Shown piece after piece: positions 10,553 through 21,853 of a stretch of DNA of 64,000 bases (within the stretch, counting starts at the first letter, position 1; each line of letters begins with the position of its first letter). Under the pieces are notes generated by a model that worked only from the letters and a program-made list of their open reading frames with translations, did no database searches and had not been told where the DNA came from. Position numbers and translations under genes: made by a program. Origin of the DNA: Zootoca vivipara (Eukaryota); the NCBI RefSeq assembly GCF_963506605.1, contig NC_083288.1, forward strand, positions 31,992,001-32,056,000. The letters run 5' to 3'.

Positions 10553-11422
10553 TTATTTCATCGGCTAAGTTTGCAGCCTGCTGTAATGTACTTGGGTGTT
10601 TTTCTTTTATTAAATATTTGAGCTGGCTGTTTATGGTTCCATAAAACTGCTCGAGTGCAAACACTTCTTTAATCTTTTCTACTGAATCAGCTCCTTCTTG
10701 TTCTAACCATTTGTTTAAATAGTTGCTGGTTTTAGCTCCCAACTGAGCAAATGTTTCCTCACGAACTTTACACACATTCCGAAACTTCTGCCTCAGTTGT
10801 TCACTTGTTATCCCAAATCTAACGAATACCATCTTTTTGAATGTTCGAAAATCTCGGGATTGATCTAAAGGCATTTGAGAGTAAATTTCTGTCAGGGTCC
10901 CACTAATACGTGCCCTTAATATCTGCATCTGTTCCTCAGGCAGTACCTTGAAATCCTGACAAGCCCTTTCAAATGATATTATAAAGGATTCAGTGTTATC
11001 ATGTTCCTTGTACTCTGGGAATTGTTTTAAATCAACCTTGGTAATGTTCTGGGTGGCACTATTATTGCTATTATTCTGATTATTTAAAGCTGTTATTTCT
11101 AGCCTTTTCATTTCCAAATTATACTCTCTTTCTTCCCTTTCTATTTCCCGCTCAATTTGTAATTTCATTTCTCTCTCTTTCATCTCAAATTGTAGTTTTT
11201 CTTTCTCTCTCTGCTGTTCTAATCGTGCTAATTCCAATTTTAAACTATATTCTTTTTCTAGTTTCCATTTCTCAAAATCCTCTGAGCCATTAGGACTTCC
11301 CCCCCAGAAGGATTTGTAATCTCTTCAGTACAGGTTTCCTCTACCTGTGTCACTCCATTTTCCTCCTCAGAGCTTTCAATGTGAGCCTCTCTCAGAGTGG
11401 TTTTAGCTTTCTTTGGTGGCAT
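10527..11422 (-). CDS. gag: Gypsy gag (coiled coil plus SCAN-like capsid C-terminal domain), frameshifted
   Basis: EQLRQKFR...WL...LEQF...HPSTLQQAANLAD matches the SCAN/capsid pattern. The likely start MPPKK at 11422 is separated from it by a frameshift in a G7 run (~11299-11305). Confidence 0.8.
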
Positions 11423-11762
11423 TTTTATTTATTTAGTTATTGGTGGGTGTTTCAACTATTTTGTTAGGCTGGGTTTTCACACTCAGGTCCCAAAGTCACG
11501 CCTAAAGTTACCTCAGAACTTTCTCCAGCGTACTTTCTACTGACCTCTAAACGTAAACCCTCTTGCCCAAAATAGTTTCAAATAAAACATAAGTTCGGCT
11601 TCCCCTTACAATCTCTCACGACAGGATCAACACCCCACACCCTAGGGCTGGGTAACTCTCCACAGAATTCACCCTTTCCCCTTCCAGGTGTTTGTGTTCC
11701 TCTCCCTGACACGATTGTAAGCTTGCCTCACTTTCTGTTTATCTCTACTTTAATAATTATGT

Positions 11763-11780
11763 ATCCCAACACTGCCACCA
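11763..11780 (-). promoter_or_regulatory. Primer binding site, tRNA-Leu type
   Basis: TGGTGGCAGTGTTGGGAT, 2 mismatches to the complement of a tRNA-Leu 3' end (TGGTGGCAGCGGTGGGAT), 6 nt from the LTR. Confidence 0.75.
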
Positions 11781-11786
11781 CTTTAT

Positions 11787-12333
11787 TGTAGCGGTCACTC
11801 TGACCTGCACATCACCACTGGACGTTTTACGGTCGATTGGTGATGTGCCAACTACAAAATAAACACCTCCACCAAAACATCACAGACCAGGATACAGATA
11901 AAATAAAACGAAGTTGCTTTATTGTGTGTTCATATGCTTAATGGTTGCAGTACAAATCTTAGGTTGTTCTAAATTTCAGATGGTTCCTATACCGGCCTAT
12001 TACCTCTAATTATAAATTACCGGCCTATTACCGCTAAAGTCAACTAAGTAAATATTTATTAATAATCTCACAACTTTGTATCCCGTCTGACTAAATCACC
12101 ACCTATTCTCCTTCCTCAATATATTAAACCAGCTCTCTCTGCATATAACCAACCACTCCTAGCTCAACACCAACTCCCACTCCCTCAACCTCAACTCTCC
12201 CTCCACCTCAACTGACTAACTGCCACTCGGGAGGGGTTTTTTATCCCTGGGCTGAGCCCGCCCCCGAGGGTTCTATCTGCTCCAAGCTTAACCCCTCACA
12301 TGCTGGGTCTTGTCTAGGTGGCGAATCGCCACC
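11787..12333 (-). repeat. 5' LTR of Gypsy element
   Basis: Direct repeat of 7164-7710, adjacent to the PBS; the terminal A reads C. Confidence 0.92.
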
Positions 12334-13153
12334 CCACCCCACCCCACCCCACTCTTTCCCCTTTTTCTTCCTAATTGTTTAAATCAATTCATGAACCAAG
12401 AATTTATACACTGACCACTAATAATGAAAAATATGTTGTAGATACCTTTCCACATTTATTATACTATTTTTGTGATATACAAATGACAAGCGAAAACTTG
12501 GTATACTTATTTGTATAACATTATTCTTGTTTATAAAACCCCAAAAAGCAGAAAAGGGGGGGGGAACCAACAAAAGCAAATGTATAAGGACTTGAGAAGC
12601 TTGGATCATGAGCCGAACTGAGCCACTTGTCTCATGGCAGCAGATTAGGAAGGGTGCTGTCATAAACATGCTCCACTCTGTTGGAGAAAGGCCTTCCAAA
12701 TTGCTTCATAGGTCCAGTTGGAACATAGTTCCACTTCCACTCCCTGTTTCAGAACCCGTACAAGAAATGTTTGAGTTGTGTGTTTGGGTACATTGCAAAC
12801 AAATGCAAGTGGGAGGCTCCTGTATGGTTCTTGACCATCTTTAAGGCTTTGAGACTCAATGAATGTGGGTTTTCTCCACCCCTTTGTTTCAGCCATCAAT
12901 AAACATTTTGAGGAGCAACAGCTTCAAAACAAAGCCCTGAAGCATCCCACTTGAAATACCCCCAAAATTTTATGAGAAGCCATTGAGTTCAGTTTTCCTA
13001 CAAGCTCCACTTCCACCTGGTTATATAACCATCTAGCCCACATTTCTCTCATTCAGGAATTAAACTATCATGGTGAAGACTGTCAGAGAGCTTGCTGAAA
13101 CCAAGATGATGTACCACAGTTGTGAAACCCATGCTCTCATGCATACAGCTTAC

Positions 13154-13445
13154 CTGTGGAGTCTTGTGGGTTGCTGAAACAATGGCCATATTTGCAGAGA
13201 TTTCAGATATGCATCCCCCAATGAGAGCTATCAGTTTGTTTTGCTTGTCACATTTGAAGTTGGGGACAAACCTATGTTCTGTGGAGAGCAGGCTCAGGGT
13301 GGCCTTATAGGTCATCCTTGCAGTGTAGTAGCTATTGAGGATTCGAAACCCCAGAGAGATATTTGATAAGATGTTGGGATTCTCATTGATCTCTTTTACA
13401 GCAAATGCTAAGGCCAGGATGTGCTGGTAGTTCTTTGGCACTGAA
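13154..13445 (-). CDS. V2R gene A exon 2
   Basis: 292 nt, [23 protein letters not shown]...KTPQ, AG/GT flanks. Confidence 0.9.
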
Positions 13446-14184
13446 CTGTAAGAAGAGTAGCAGCTGTTTAATAAAAAACTGCCAGAATAAAACATATCTA
13501 CAGGTTTCCAAGATTGAACTGAAGTTTATAACTGCCCAATATTATATACTGAAGTACAAAAATAAGACATCCTCCAATATGCTAATGATATAAATGTACC
13601 TACAGTTCTAAGACTTTTAAAATGCTTAATAAAGTTTGTCCTTCAGTTTTGGAATCCACTCTTTTCCAAGAAGAACAATATAAAAAACCAAATCTAGGCA
13701 GGCTATATGTAAACTATTATGTGCTTCCCATCTTTCTAGAGGGAAAAAAACCAGATGTAGAATGATAATCTTTGGTCAGTTGTTTAACCATGCAAGATGA
13801 ACACAGACATGAGTAGTCTTCCTTGTCACTCATCTGCACATTTTCAAGTTGCGGGTGTATTTTACAACAGTACAGAGAAGTAAAAAGAAAACAACATTAG
13901 GTTCAGATATACCCACCATGAATTGAAAGACTAAATGTTTCAAATGTTCTGAGATCATTTTCTTGCTTAACCATCAGTTCCCTATATTTATTGGAGTTAC
14001 CCCCTTTGCCTATGAAAACAATAACACAAACAGCAAGACCCAATCAGACCCAATCAGAAGTGTGTCCTATGCAAGCTATGGTGTGCTTCCTATCGTTTAA
14101 GAACCAATCAAAAGATTATAGATCTGGATAAAGATGATATTGATATAGGTACTGTGATAGTTTTTCATTAGCAGTTTAACTAAG

Positions 14185-14280
14185 AAAGAAGAAGAAGAGT
14201 TTGGATTTGATATCCTACTTTATCACTACCCTAAGGAGTCTCAAAACAGCTCACAATCTCCTTTCCCTTCCTCCCCCACA
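14185..14280 (-). mobile_element. SINE 3' fragment (same family as 62820-63118)
   Basis: (GAA)n GAGTTTGGATTTGATATCC...CCCTTCCTCCCCCACAA. Confidence 0.7.
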
Positions 14281-14639
14281 AGGACACACACACATTTTTA
14301 TTTCACTAACTCATTTTTATCATTGGGAATCTCGGTTTCAACAGATTCTATGAAATACAAACTTAAACAAATAGATGGAGGTAACTGATAATGGACCATG
14401 GATATTCTCTGAAGTTTGAGACACATTAATGCAAATGAAGAGCATGTGCCATAAGGTATACAAGATAAAATATTGCCGGTGGAAAATACAATGAAAGCCT
14501 CCCCCCCCCCCCGAGATACGTTAGGCTGTTTCATTGTACCTGAGAATCAATGCACTAATTACCTCTCTTTAAGGAAAAAAGGAAAAGGCAACTACAGTAT
14601 CATATTTATTCTGCACATGTTTAATTTTAAATATCTGCT

Positions 14640-15025
14640 GGATAGTTTAGTTGGTAGAACATGAGACTCTTAATCTCAGGGTCATGGGTTCAAGCTCAAA
14701 ATGTGCTGAAGTTGCCTGCATTGCAGGGGGTTGGACTAGATGGCCCTCATGGCCCCTTCTAGGGCCAGCCCTACGGCCAGGCTGGGTGGCGCAGGGCACC
14801 ACAGCGCCAGCCCGCCAGGGGGGCGCCACGAGCTAAGCCCACCCGCTGGACAGCCGGTCCGCCGGTCCGCCGCACAGCTGCGCCCACGGCAACCACGCTG
14901 TGCCTGCCCGCCCACCACGCTGGGAAACGGGGCGGGGGGGGTGCCGGACGGATCCAGCGCACCACGGCGCCAGGGGCGCTTAAGACGGCCCTGGCCCCTT
15001 CCAACTCTACAGTTCTATTATTCTA
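14640..15025 (+). mobile_element. tRNA-Lys-derived SINE with CR1 3' tail, interrupted by a hAT MITE
   Basis: Head GATAGTTTAGTTGGTAGAACATGAGACTCTTAATCTCAGGGTCATGGGTTCAAGC, then CR1-like GGGTTGGACTAGATG...CCAACTCTAC tail. Confidence 0.82.
14760..14993. mobile_element. GC-rich hAT MITE
   Basis: TIRs TAGGGCCAG / CGGCCCTG and perfect 8-bp TSD GCCCCTTC. Confidence 0.9.
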
Positions 15026-15423
15026 AATTAAAAAGTATGAACAACTAATAGGGACAAGTTTCTGTTTGCAAATATATGCCCATCTACACATAGTCCTGTG
15101 AGACGGTCAGATTTGCTTTCTGACTCTCTCTATCATCTGCTGTATATCGAATCAATAAGCCTATGTTTGTCCCTGGCTGGATCTAGACACATCAAAGAGG
15201 CATTTCAGTTTAAAAGCATTGTGAATTTAAACAGAGAAAATAGGTAGAGAAAAACGGGACTCCACATCTTGTGGCAAAATGTTATATTGCACATACAACA
15301 CATGTAATTAGTAGTCTAGCTGAGTCCTCTGTATAATGTGAGGAGTAAGCTCTACAAATTAGATGTGTTAAAACAATAGGAATAAGAAAGATGCTTATTA
15401 CTCTAAAATATAAGGTTAAAGAA

Positions 15424-15727
15424 AAAGGTAAAGGACCCCTGGACGGTTAAGTCCAGTCAAAGGTGACTATGGGGTCGACTATGGGGTTGTGGTGCTCATC
15501 TCACTTTTAGGCCGAGGGAGCCGGTTTTTGTCCACAGACAGTTTTCTGGGTCATATGGCCAGCATGACTAAACCACTTCTGGTGCAACGGAACACCATGA
15601 CGAGTGCCAGAGCACATGGAAACACAGTTTACCTTCCCACCGCACTGGTACCTATTTATCTGCTTGCACTGGCATGCTTTTGAAGTGCTAGGTTGGCAGG
15701 AGCTGGGACAGATCAAAGGGAGCTCAC
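15424..15727 (-). mobile_element. Sauria SINE, 5'-truncated
   Basis: AAAGGTAAAGG tail, GGCCAGCATGACTAAAC, GGTACCTATTTATCT; reverse of 43803-44173. Confidence 0.85.
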
Positions 15728-16350
15728 TTTGTCTAAAATATAACAATATGGAACACAATGTTAAAAATTCCTGTCGTTTGAAAGGGCAAGCAAGGGGCAG
15801 AGATGGTGGCCAAGGATGAGAGACATCAAAGTGTGGAAAGAAGTATATAGTTTTAGAGTTTCCTGTTGTAGTCACTCTTTGTAGGAAGGAATTGAGTGCA
15901 TTCTCAAACTTTAGACTTGGGCAAGGAGTGCAAAAAAACTATTCTTAAAAAGTATAGGAATTTTAGCAGTTTGGAAAAAAACTTTAAAATATGGGATGAA
16001 CAAATGGCTAAAAAAAGAATATCAATGCTCATTGTCAGAAAACCACTCAACAAGCAAATCAGAAAAAAATGCTCAATAAATAGATTGTATAAGAGGGCCG
16101 TGCTCCAGTAGCAAAAGAAAAATGCATGTGATCCATTCATTTCTATAAGTTTTCTGGAGGAAACACTAGCAGTTTATTATGCCCAACAAGATAATGTAGA
16201 CGGCAAGACACAAACACATTAACAAGCCAAGTTCCGCTTTTCTTATCTCAAAATCTCAGTGAAGCACATCATGGATTAATGATGTGTTCTGAATAATTAT
16301 AATTCATATGTACAATAATTCAAATTGAGTGATAAATATAGAATCCTTAC

Positions 16351-16610
16351 ATGGGTTCGTCAATCATTATCTGGGTAGGCTGTTCCATGAAAGAGAGGAT
16401 GTTATAGAGAAAAAAGACTTGAGAAACGATCTCACCGATGACGAGGTCCCCTGGCTGGTAAAATTCATGTGGAATAGGGAGGGGGTCATCATGTATACTA
16501 CAATTTATAGACTGTATCTTGCAGACTGTATGACACAATAATATAAGCAGCAACATCACCACCAGCAAGATTCTGTTGGTAAAATGTCCCTTCAAAAGCT
16601 GTGTTCCCAT
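16351..16610 (-). CDS. V2R gene A exon 1 (signal peptide)
   Basis: MGTQ..., hydrophobic signal, [12 protein letters not shown]; donor AT|GTAAG. Confidence 0.88.
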
Positions 16611-18034
16611 GATTCCAATTGCAGTATTCAGTATGGCTGTTTTCAGCCTTCCTACAGCCTTCAGTGAATGGTGGATGATATTGTTGCTACACAGATTTAA
16701 AGCATGGCAGTTTAGGGAATCTGTGTGCCAGTATCCTGCTACTTTATTTCATTTTGTCTCTTGTCGTTAATTTCCCTTTAATATTGTGTTTTCTTTATCT
16801 CTTCCATTTATCCTCTAAGGATGAGTGGAGATTTTTTGGTTTTTTATCTTTAAACAACTTCCTATGTGTCTCTACAGGTCAGGTGTCAGTAATTTTCCTC
16901 TGGTGAGCAAAGGAACCAAAATGGAAACTTATGAATTCTTAGCCTGTTTCCCAAAGAGAATGGTATGCAAATAACAGGGGATGTGTCTCATTTTATATTG
17001 GTCAATGAGCTTCAGTTTTCCACAGTAAGTTTCTGGGAGGTGGAAAATAAACTGGGCCAGCAGGAGAATGTATGAGGAACAGGGATACTCACTGTGTACT
17101 CCTTTTTGTTAAAAATATTGGTGGAATCATCTGGTGGACACACACCCCAACATTTAAAGAGAAAGTGGTTATGCAGATGAATGAATATATCATACGTATC
17201 CCTAGGTCAACTTCTGAATAACACAAGAGTTTTATAGGTTGTTTTTTTAAAAAAAATAATAGGCTCATTGTTGATTTTTCTTATAGGCTCTGGGTGTCCA
17301 TTGTGTCAGAAGACAGAAAACAGTAATTTTGACAATAATAGGAATGCTTATAATTTCCCAAGTGTACTTTTGGCCTTTGAATTGGCATCATTTAATACAA
17401 ACCTCCAAGGATGTCATTTTTCCCCTGAATTTTGCAACTGTTTTTTCTCCTGTGAGAAGTAACAGTTAGTCAGTGGCACTTAGCCTGATGCTTCCAGGAT
17501 AACTCTGCTCAGAATTAGAGTTATGTTCATCCACAGATAATTAATATTCAGTATAATGTGAATGCCCTGGTTGAAAGTCTCATCCTGGGGCTTTTGAGAT
17601 TTTATTTCATCAAAATGAAAGTCAAATATTCTTCAACAAATCACTTTCCAGTATTATTTGGCTCTATTGTTTGTTATTAATGATTTATAATAAAATTTAA
17701 TGATGCAATATTATCAATGTGGTTTTCTATCTGGGAAGGGAGTGGTTGAATTGAACATTGCATCAATCCCCATCTCTTGTTAAGATCACCTTCTCCTGAA
17801 TTTTAAGCAAATAGAGGACTTCCCACTCAGCATGCTGGTGGTCCTGTTAAGATGGTTCACTTTCAGAGGCTATTATATCTGAATAATTTTCCAGGGAGCT
17901 TTAGTCCCCCCCCCTTCCAGCTGATAAAGCCAGCTTTTCTGTCAAAACATTGAACAATGAATGGAATGGAATGATGACGTGGGCAGTTGCTTCTCTCCCG
18001 GAGCAAATGAAGTTCTATGCTATATCCTATATAT

Positions 18035-19073
18035 ATTTGTAACTGGCTGACTGACCAAACCCAAAGGGTGATCATCAATGGCTCCTCCTCATCCTGGAGA
18101 GAAGTAACTAGTGGGGTGCCACAGGGTTCTGTCTTGGGCCCAGTCTTATTCAACATCTTTATCAGTGACTTGGATGATGGGCTTGAGGGCATCCTGAGCA
18201 AGTTTGCAGATGACACCAAATTGGGAGGGGTGGCTAATACCCCAGAGGACAGGATCACACTTCAAAATGACCTTAACAGATTAGACAACTGGGCCAAAGC
18301 AAACAAGATGAATTTTAACAGGGAGAAATGTAAAGTACTACACTTTTTGAAAGGCACAAATACAGGATGGGTGACACCTGGCTTGAGAGCAGTACATGTG
18401 AAAAGGATCTAGGAGTCTTGGTAGACCACAAACTTGACATGAGTCAACAGTGTGATGCAGCAGCTAAAAAAGCCAATGCAATTCTGGGCTGCATCAATAG
18501 GAGTATAGCGTCTAGATCAAGGGAAGTAATAGTACCACTGTATTCTGCTCTGGTCAGACCTCACCTGGAGTACTGTGTCCAGTTCTGGACACCACAGTTC
18601 AAGAAGGATACTGACAAGCTGGAACATGTCCAGAAGAGGGCAACCAAAATGGTCAAAGGCCTGGAAACGCTGCCTCATGAGGAACGGCTTAGGGAGCTGG
18701 GTATGATTAGCCTGGAGAAGAGAAGGTTAAGGGGTGATATGATAGCCAGGTTCAAATATATAAAAGCATGTCATATAGAGGAGGGAGAAAGGTTGTTTTC
18801 TGCTGCTCCAGAGAAGCGGACACAGAGCAATGGATTCAAGCTACAAGAAAGAAGATTCCACCTAAACATTAGGAAGAACTTCCTGACAGTAAGAGCTGTT
18901 CGGCAGTGGAATTTGCTGCCAAGGAGTGTGGTGGAGTCTCCTTCTTGGAGGTCTTTAAGCAGAGGCTTGACAGGCATATGTCAAGAATGCTTTGATGGTG
19001 TTTCATGCTTGGCAGGGGGTTGGACTGGATGGTCCTTGTGGTCTCTTCCAACTCTTTGATTCTATGATTCTAT
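18035..19073 (+). mobile_element. CR1 LINE, 5'-truncated ORF2 (RT)
   Basis: [25 protein letters not shown] and [17 protein letters not shown]; GATTCTAT tail; one internal frameshift. Confidence 0.95.
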
Positions 19074-19399
19074 CCTGGAGTAGAGAGCAAGGAAACAAGC
19101 TGGGAGACATTTTCAGCATATGTTTAGAAAGAATCCCAAAGAATCCATCAGAATTCAATGTGATTGCTGACACAATGGCAAAAGTGAATAATTTTGTTTC
19201 CTCTGCCTCTATTGTATCGTACATATACTATCCAGTTTATTTTGGGGGGTGGTATGGAATCTATTACATGGGTGGGTGAAGCTATTGGGAGCTGGCTTTG
19301 TTTTTGTTTCATGGTTGTTTTTCTGCTACTCCAATCATGAAAAGAGCCCCCCCCCCAAACATGGCTGCTCTCCAATGTTTACTTTTGAACAATTATGAA

Positions 19400-19690
19400 G
19401 GGCCTTTGTTGAACTTGGGTTTCAACAAATGCCCTCAACATACTTAGATAGGAAATACCTTGGAATAGTTCATTTGCCATGGAAATGTATTTATGGATGT
19501 AATCTGGATGTAAAATGAACTATTCGTAGATTTGCCAAGGTAAGATTTTTAATTTCCTATGTTTTTATTGGTTCTCACATCGGCACCCCCCCCCATGGTA
19601 ATATTAAACTTTTATGCTGTAGGCTTCCTTAGACGTAGACCCTCTGTTACTCATTGTGAAGGCTGTGGGCTATATTCAATAAATCAAATT
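19400..19690 (+). mobile_element. Decayed LINE C-terminal (CCHC knuckle) fragment, RTE-X-like
   Basis: Paralogous to 34955-35300, which reads MPSTYLEGKY..KCIYGCNQIED..YLIICP. Confidence 0.45.
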
Positions 19691-19910
19691 GTATAGGCAA
19701 CTGCAACTGCATAGACAGTGTTGCAGACATTGTAGCTATGGCTAGGCATATTCATTTCAAACAGAATTCCAGGGAGGCTCTCTTGTTTCTCCTCCCAAGT
19801 ACAGTTCCCCCCCCCACCTCCTTAAATAGGTTTAGGAAACAGCTGGCTGATTGGCCTGAGAAGTCCTGAATAAAACCACATTCTTCTGCATGGGAAGGGT
19901 TCCCCATCTA

Positions 19911-20479
19911 CCGTATATGCCGGCATATAAGGCGACTGGGCGTATAATACGACCCCATACTTTTTCAGTCAAAATATAGAGTTTGGGATATACTCGCCGT
20001 AAACTTCCAACACAACCTCCCTGCATGGAAATAATAATGTAATAATAATAATTTATGATTTATACCCCGCCCATCTGGCTGGGTTTCCCCAGCCACTCTG
20101 GGCAGCTTCCAACAGAAAAATAAAACACAACAATCTATTAAACATTAAAAGCCTCCCTGAACAGGGCTGCCTTCAGATGTCTTCTAAAAGTCTGGTAGTT
20201 GTTTTCCTCTTTGACATCTGTTGGGAGGGCATTCCCCAGGGCAGGCTCCACCACCGAGAAGGCCCTCTGACTAGTTCCCTGCAACTTGGCTTCTCACAAT
20301 GAGGGAACCGCTGACACCGTCGCCACATACGACGGGGATGTGGATGCAGCCATTTTTGAACCCCCCCCCCCCACCATATGCGGCGACCGCAGATCTTATA
20401 CCTGGCATATAAGACAACCCCCCAATTTTGAAAAAAATTTCCTGGGTTCAAAAGTCGTCTTATACGCCGTAATATACAG
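19911..20479. mobile_element. Tc1/mariner MITE with nested L2 fragment
   Basis: TIRs CCGTATATGCCGGCATATAAGGCGAC / GTCGTCTTATACGCCGTAATATACAG and TA TSD. Confidence 0.8.
20030..20312 (-). mobile_element. L2 LINE 3' end
   Basis: TTTATACCCCGCCCATCTGGCTGGG...CAGGGCTGCCTTCAGATGTC; same family as 24561-24807. Confidence 0.78.
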
Positions 20480-20570
20480 TATATGAATTTCTGGAAGACT
20501 AACAGTTTATTTGGACGAACTGTGAAAAGTTATGGAAACAAGAGGGTGTGGCATTTGACTGCAGAATACA

Positions 20571-20825
20571 CCATGTTTTCCCAAAAATAAGACATTGTCT
20601 TATATTTATTTTTCCTCAAGAAGACACACTATGGCTTATTTTTGGTGGGTGTCCCATTCCAAAAGGAAGGAGGCTCCGGGCGAGGCACAGCATGACAGAG
20701 GGCAGCGAGTTGTTGCTGGGAGGCGCCCATGTCTTATTTTCAGGGTATGACTTATATTGCGCAAATGCTTAGAGATCCTGCTACATCTTATTTTATGGGT
20801 ATGTCTTATATTCGGGGAAACAGGG
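20571..20825. mobile_element. Tc1/mariner (pogo-type) MITE
   Basis: TIRs CCATGTTTTCCCAAAAATAAGAC / GTCTTATATTCGGGGAAACAGGG; relatives at 34425 and 52035. Confidence 0.78.
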
Positions 20826-20951
20826 TAGGTATGAAGCCAGCTTGAAGTATGATGCATCCGTCTTCGTTGAAGTTGCAAGAATTTCCTTATTGATTCCTTA
20901 ATCAAGCCCAAATGCATTCATTCACTAACCTACAATTTACTCATATATGCT

Positions 20952-21853
20952 TTATTTGGTTTTCCTTATTAGTTGCTCCCTGTTATTCAGTTCAGGCCTC
21001 AGTACAATGATGTAGCATTTAGGGAAAAAGATGCAACCCAGTAACCCAGCATTGGATGATAAGATGGAGAAGATCTCCACAGCCACCATGTATTTTCCTT
21101 TGGTGCTCAAGTAGGTTGGAACAAAAGTCAGCCAAACACTGCAGAACACCAACATGCTGAAAGTGATAAATTTGGCCTCATTGAAACTGTCTGGCAACTT
21201 CCTGGCTAGGAAAGCCAAAATGAAGCTGACAATGGCCAAGGAACCCATGTAGCCTATGACACAGTAGAACATGAGAGCTGAACCCTCATTACATTCCAGT
21301 AGCATTTCACCAGTCACTGAGTGCATGTCCATATCTGGGAATGGAGGGAAAATACATAACCAAAGAGAACAGAGGCCAGCTTGAAGAAAGGAGCCGGAGA
21401 GGACAATTGAATTTGCCATTCTCTTCCCCACCCATTTTCTGATTTTGGATCCTGGCTGGGTTGCCATGAATGCCAGAACCACGGTGATGGTTTTTGCCAA
21501 GGTGCTGGAAAGGGCCACAGAGAACATGATGCCAAAGGCTGTTTGTCGGAGAAGGCAGATGACCTTCCCAGGCTGTCCAATGAAGAGTAAGGAGCAGAGG
21601 AAGCAGAGGAGGAGGGAAATGAGGAGGACGTAGGTGAGGGTCCTGTTGTTGGCTTTGACTATGGGAGTGTCCTTGTGCTTCACAAAAATTCCAAGTATTG
21701 AAGTTGTGATAAAGGCAAAGGAAATGGCTAAGATAGCTAAGGTGATCCCTAATGTTTCTTTGTAAGAGAGGTAGCTTACAGCTTTGGGAATGCATTGAGT
21801 TTGGTCCATATTGGGAAACTGGTCTTCTGGACATTTGATGCAGGCATCCATAT
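20952..21853 (-). CDS. V2R gene B exon 6 (7TM)
   Basis: 299-aa ORF with class C 7TM motifs. Confidence 0.94.

Larger units (their letters stand above)
7164..12333 (-). mobile_element. Gypsy LTR retrotransposon (Gmr1-like), non-autonomous, two LTRs
   Basis: Near-identical ~547-bp LTRs (7164-7710, 11787-12333) with TGTAGCG...CGCCACA ends, a tRNA-Leu-type PBS (11763-11780), a PPT (7711-7724) and a probable CCACC TSD. Internal order is gag, CCHC, protease, integrase Zn finger; no RT was found. Confidence 0.93.
2440..16610 (-). pseudogene. V2R gene A, probable pseudogene; exons 16351-16610, 13154-13445, 6032-6891, 4864-5091, 4228-4355, 2440-3341
   Basis: All six exons have GT-AG boundaries. Exon 3 has a +1 nt in an A-run (~6835-6840) and a 5-bp deletion (~6372); exon 5 is 128 nt versus 127 in paralogs. 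A Gypsy element sits in intron 2. Confidence 0.85.
19700..20530 (-). pseudogene. Decayed V2R exon-3 remnant downstream of gene B, interrupted by a MITE
   Basis: ...ACAGAATTCCAGGGAGGCTCTC... corresponds to [10 protein letters not shown]; also GCATAGACAGTGTTGCAGACATTGTAGCTATGG. Confidence 0.8.

Noticed and set aside
12600-12900. Coding-like stretch in gene A intron 2
   Set aside because: No recognisable motif in any frame, so a call cannot be supported.
14640-14705. tRNA-Lys-like sequence
   Set aside because: It is degenerate, has no acceptor stem and is followed by a CR1 tail, so it is a SINE head and not a tRNA gene.
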